In this document: positions 63,165-64,000 of the stretch, in pieces
Position numbering within the stretch: the first letter of the stretch is position 1
How the letters are laid out: every line of letters starts with the position of its first letter
Assembly: GCA_965649765.1 (NCBI GenBank)
Contig: OZ287751.1
Span: forward strand, 66,960,001-67,024,000
DNA from: Bispira polyomma
Lineage: Eukaryota
Direction of reading: 5' to 3'
Length of the DNA stretch: 64,000 nucleotides
Made by a program: the position numbers and the translations under genes
Notes under the pieces: generated by a model
Told to the model about the DNA's origin: nothing
The model's database searches: none
What the model saw: the letters and a program-made list of their open reading frames with translations, nothing else

Positions 63165-64000
63165 CATATTATTATTATATTATTAATATTAGTTAAATTT
63201 ATATAGTGCTTTATTATAATTACTCAAAGCGCTTAAACAAATTAAACTATAACATTACTATAACAGATAAAAAGGATAGTACATGAAACTATTAAACAAG
63301 ATATATATGTACAGAAGAGATTGTGAAAAATAAAACTAAAGCTTAAACAGTAATTATATAGATAGAGTTAAAAATAATAAAATGTACTGAAGGAAATATT
63401 GAATAGAATAGTTCACAAGTTGCAAACAGTTTTAAAAAGATATGCATGTCTTTAACATTTTTGAAATCATGGCAAAATGTTGCCAATCTAATATGTGCAG
63501 GTAATTTGTTTCCCTCTCTTAGTATGGCTTGTATTGAAATGATTGTATAGATGTGCTGGATCCTAATAGATGTTCCTGAATCTTGTTATCTGTTCTTGAT
63601 CTACAGGTAGCCGGTGTAGCTTGATTAAATACTCATTGGCATTGTCCCTTGAACTAGATTGATGTATTAGTCGTGCTGTAGCATTCTGGAATCTTTGTAA
63701 ATACTGAATATTTCTCTTTTTGTACCAACCAGTAGACTACAGCACAAGTCTAAGCACGATATAACAGTACTAGTGATTTACATGGATCAAATGATAAAAG
63801 ATAAAACTTTCTGATTCTATACAACTTTCTTAATTGTCCTTAAATGGAAGCAGTTTTATAAAGTCATCCATGTTCATGTTTTCATCAAAATAAGATTCTT
63901 GATCGAGGACACAGATTTTATTGTGTAGTCACTAACTGCAATTTTGATGTTGGGTTTATTGTTAAGATGATATTTAGATCCAAATAGTATCACTCCTGTT
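63165..64000 (-). mobile_element. Decayed L2-clade LINE (ORF2 C-terminal half and 3' tail), continues beyond window
   Basis: Broken minus-strand frames SVSSIKNL..FDENMNMD, ISCLDLCCSLLVG, LQRFQNATARLI, NKLPAHIR; tail aagcgctttgag...gcactatataaat followed by AT-rich repeat. Confidence 0.75.

Overview
AT-rich eukaryotic (invertebrate animal, probably lophotrochozoan-like) genomic DNA. Most of the window is occupied by one intron-rich gene on the minus strand, an MTSS1/MIM (missing-in-metastasis, I-BAR/IMD domain) orthologue. I reconstructed 13 coding exons by hand, from the ATG at 60820 to about 2452, giving about 617 aa in one continuous frame. Junctions are GT-AG except a probable GC donor on the last visible exon; no C-terminal WH2 exon is in the window. 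Almost all ORF-track entries are non-coding noise. The introns are filled with tRNA-derived SINEs (some nested, nearly all sense to the gene), L2-type LINE 3' fragments, Harbinger-, hAT-, Tc1/pogo- and piggyBac-like MITEs, Helentron-type elements and a probable Crypton fossil. The most unusual signal is that five consecutive exons (8-12) each have local copies of their own exon/intron boundary in the adjacent intron; two copies form frame-preserving AG-exon-GT units. There is also a clean 9-nt microexon candidate. I see no CRISPR, rRNA, true tRNA or prokaryote-type system.
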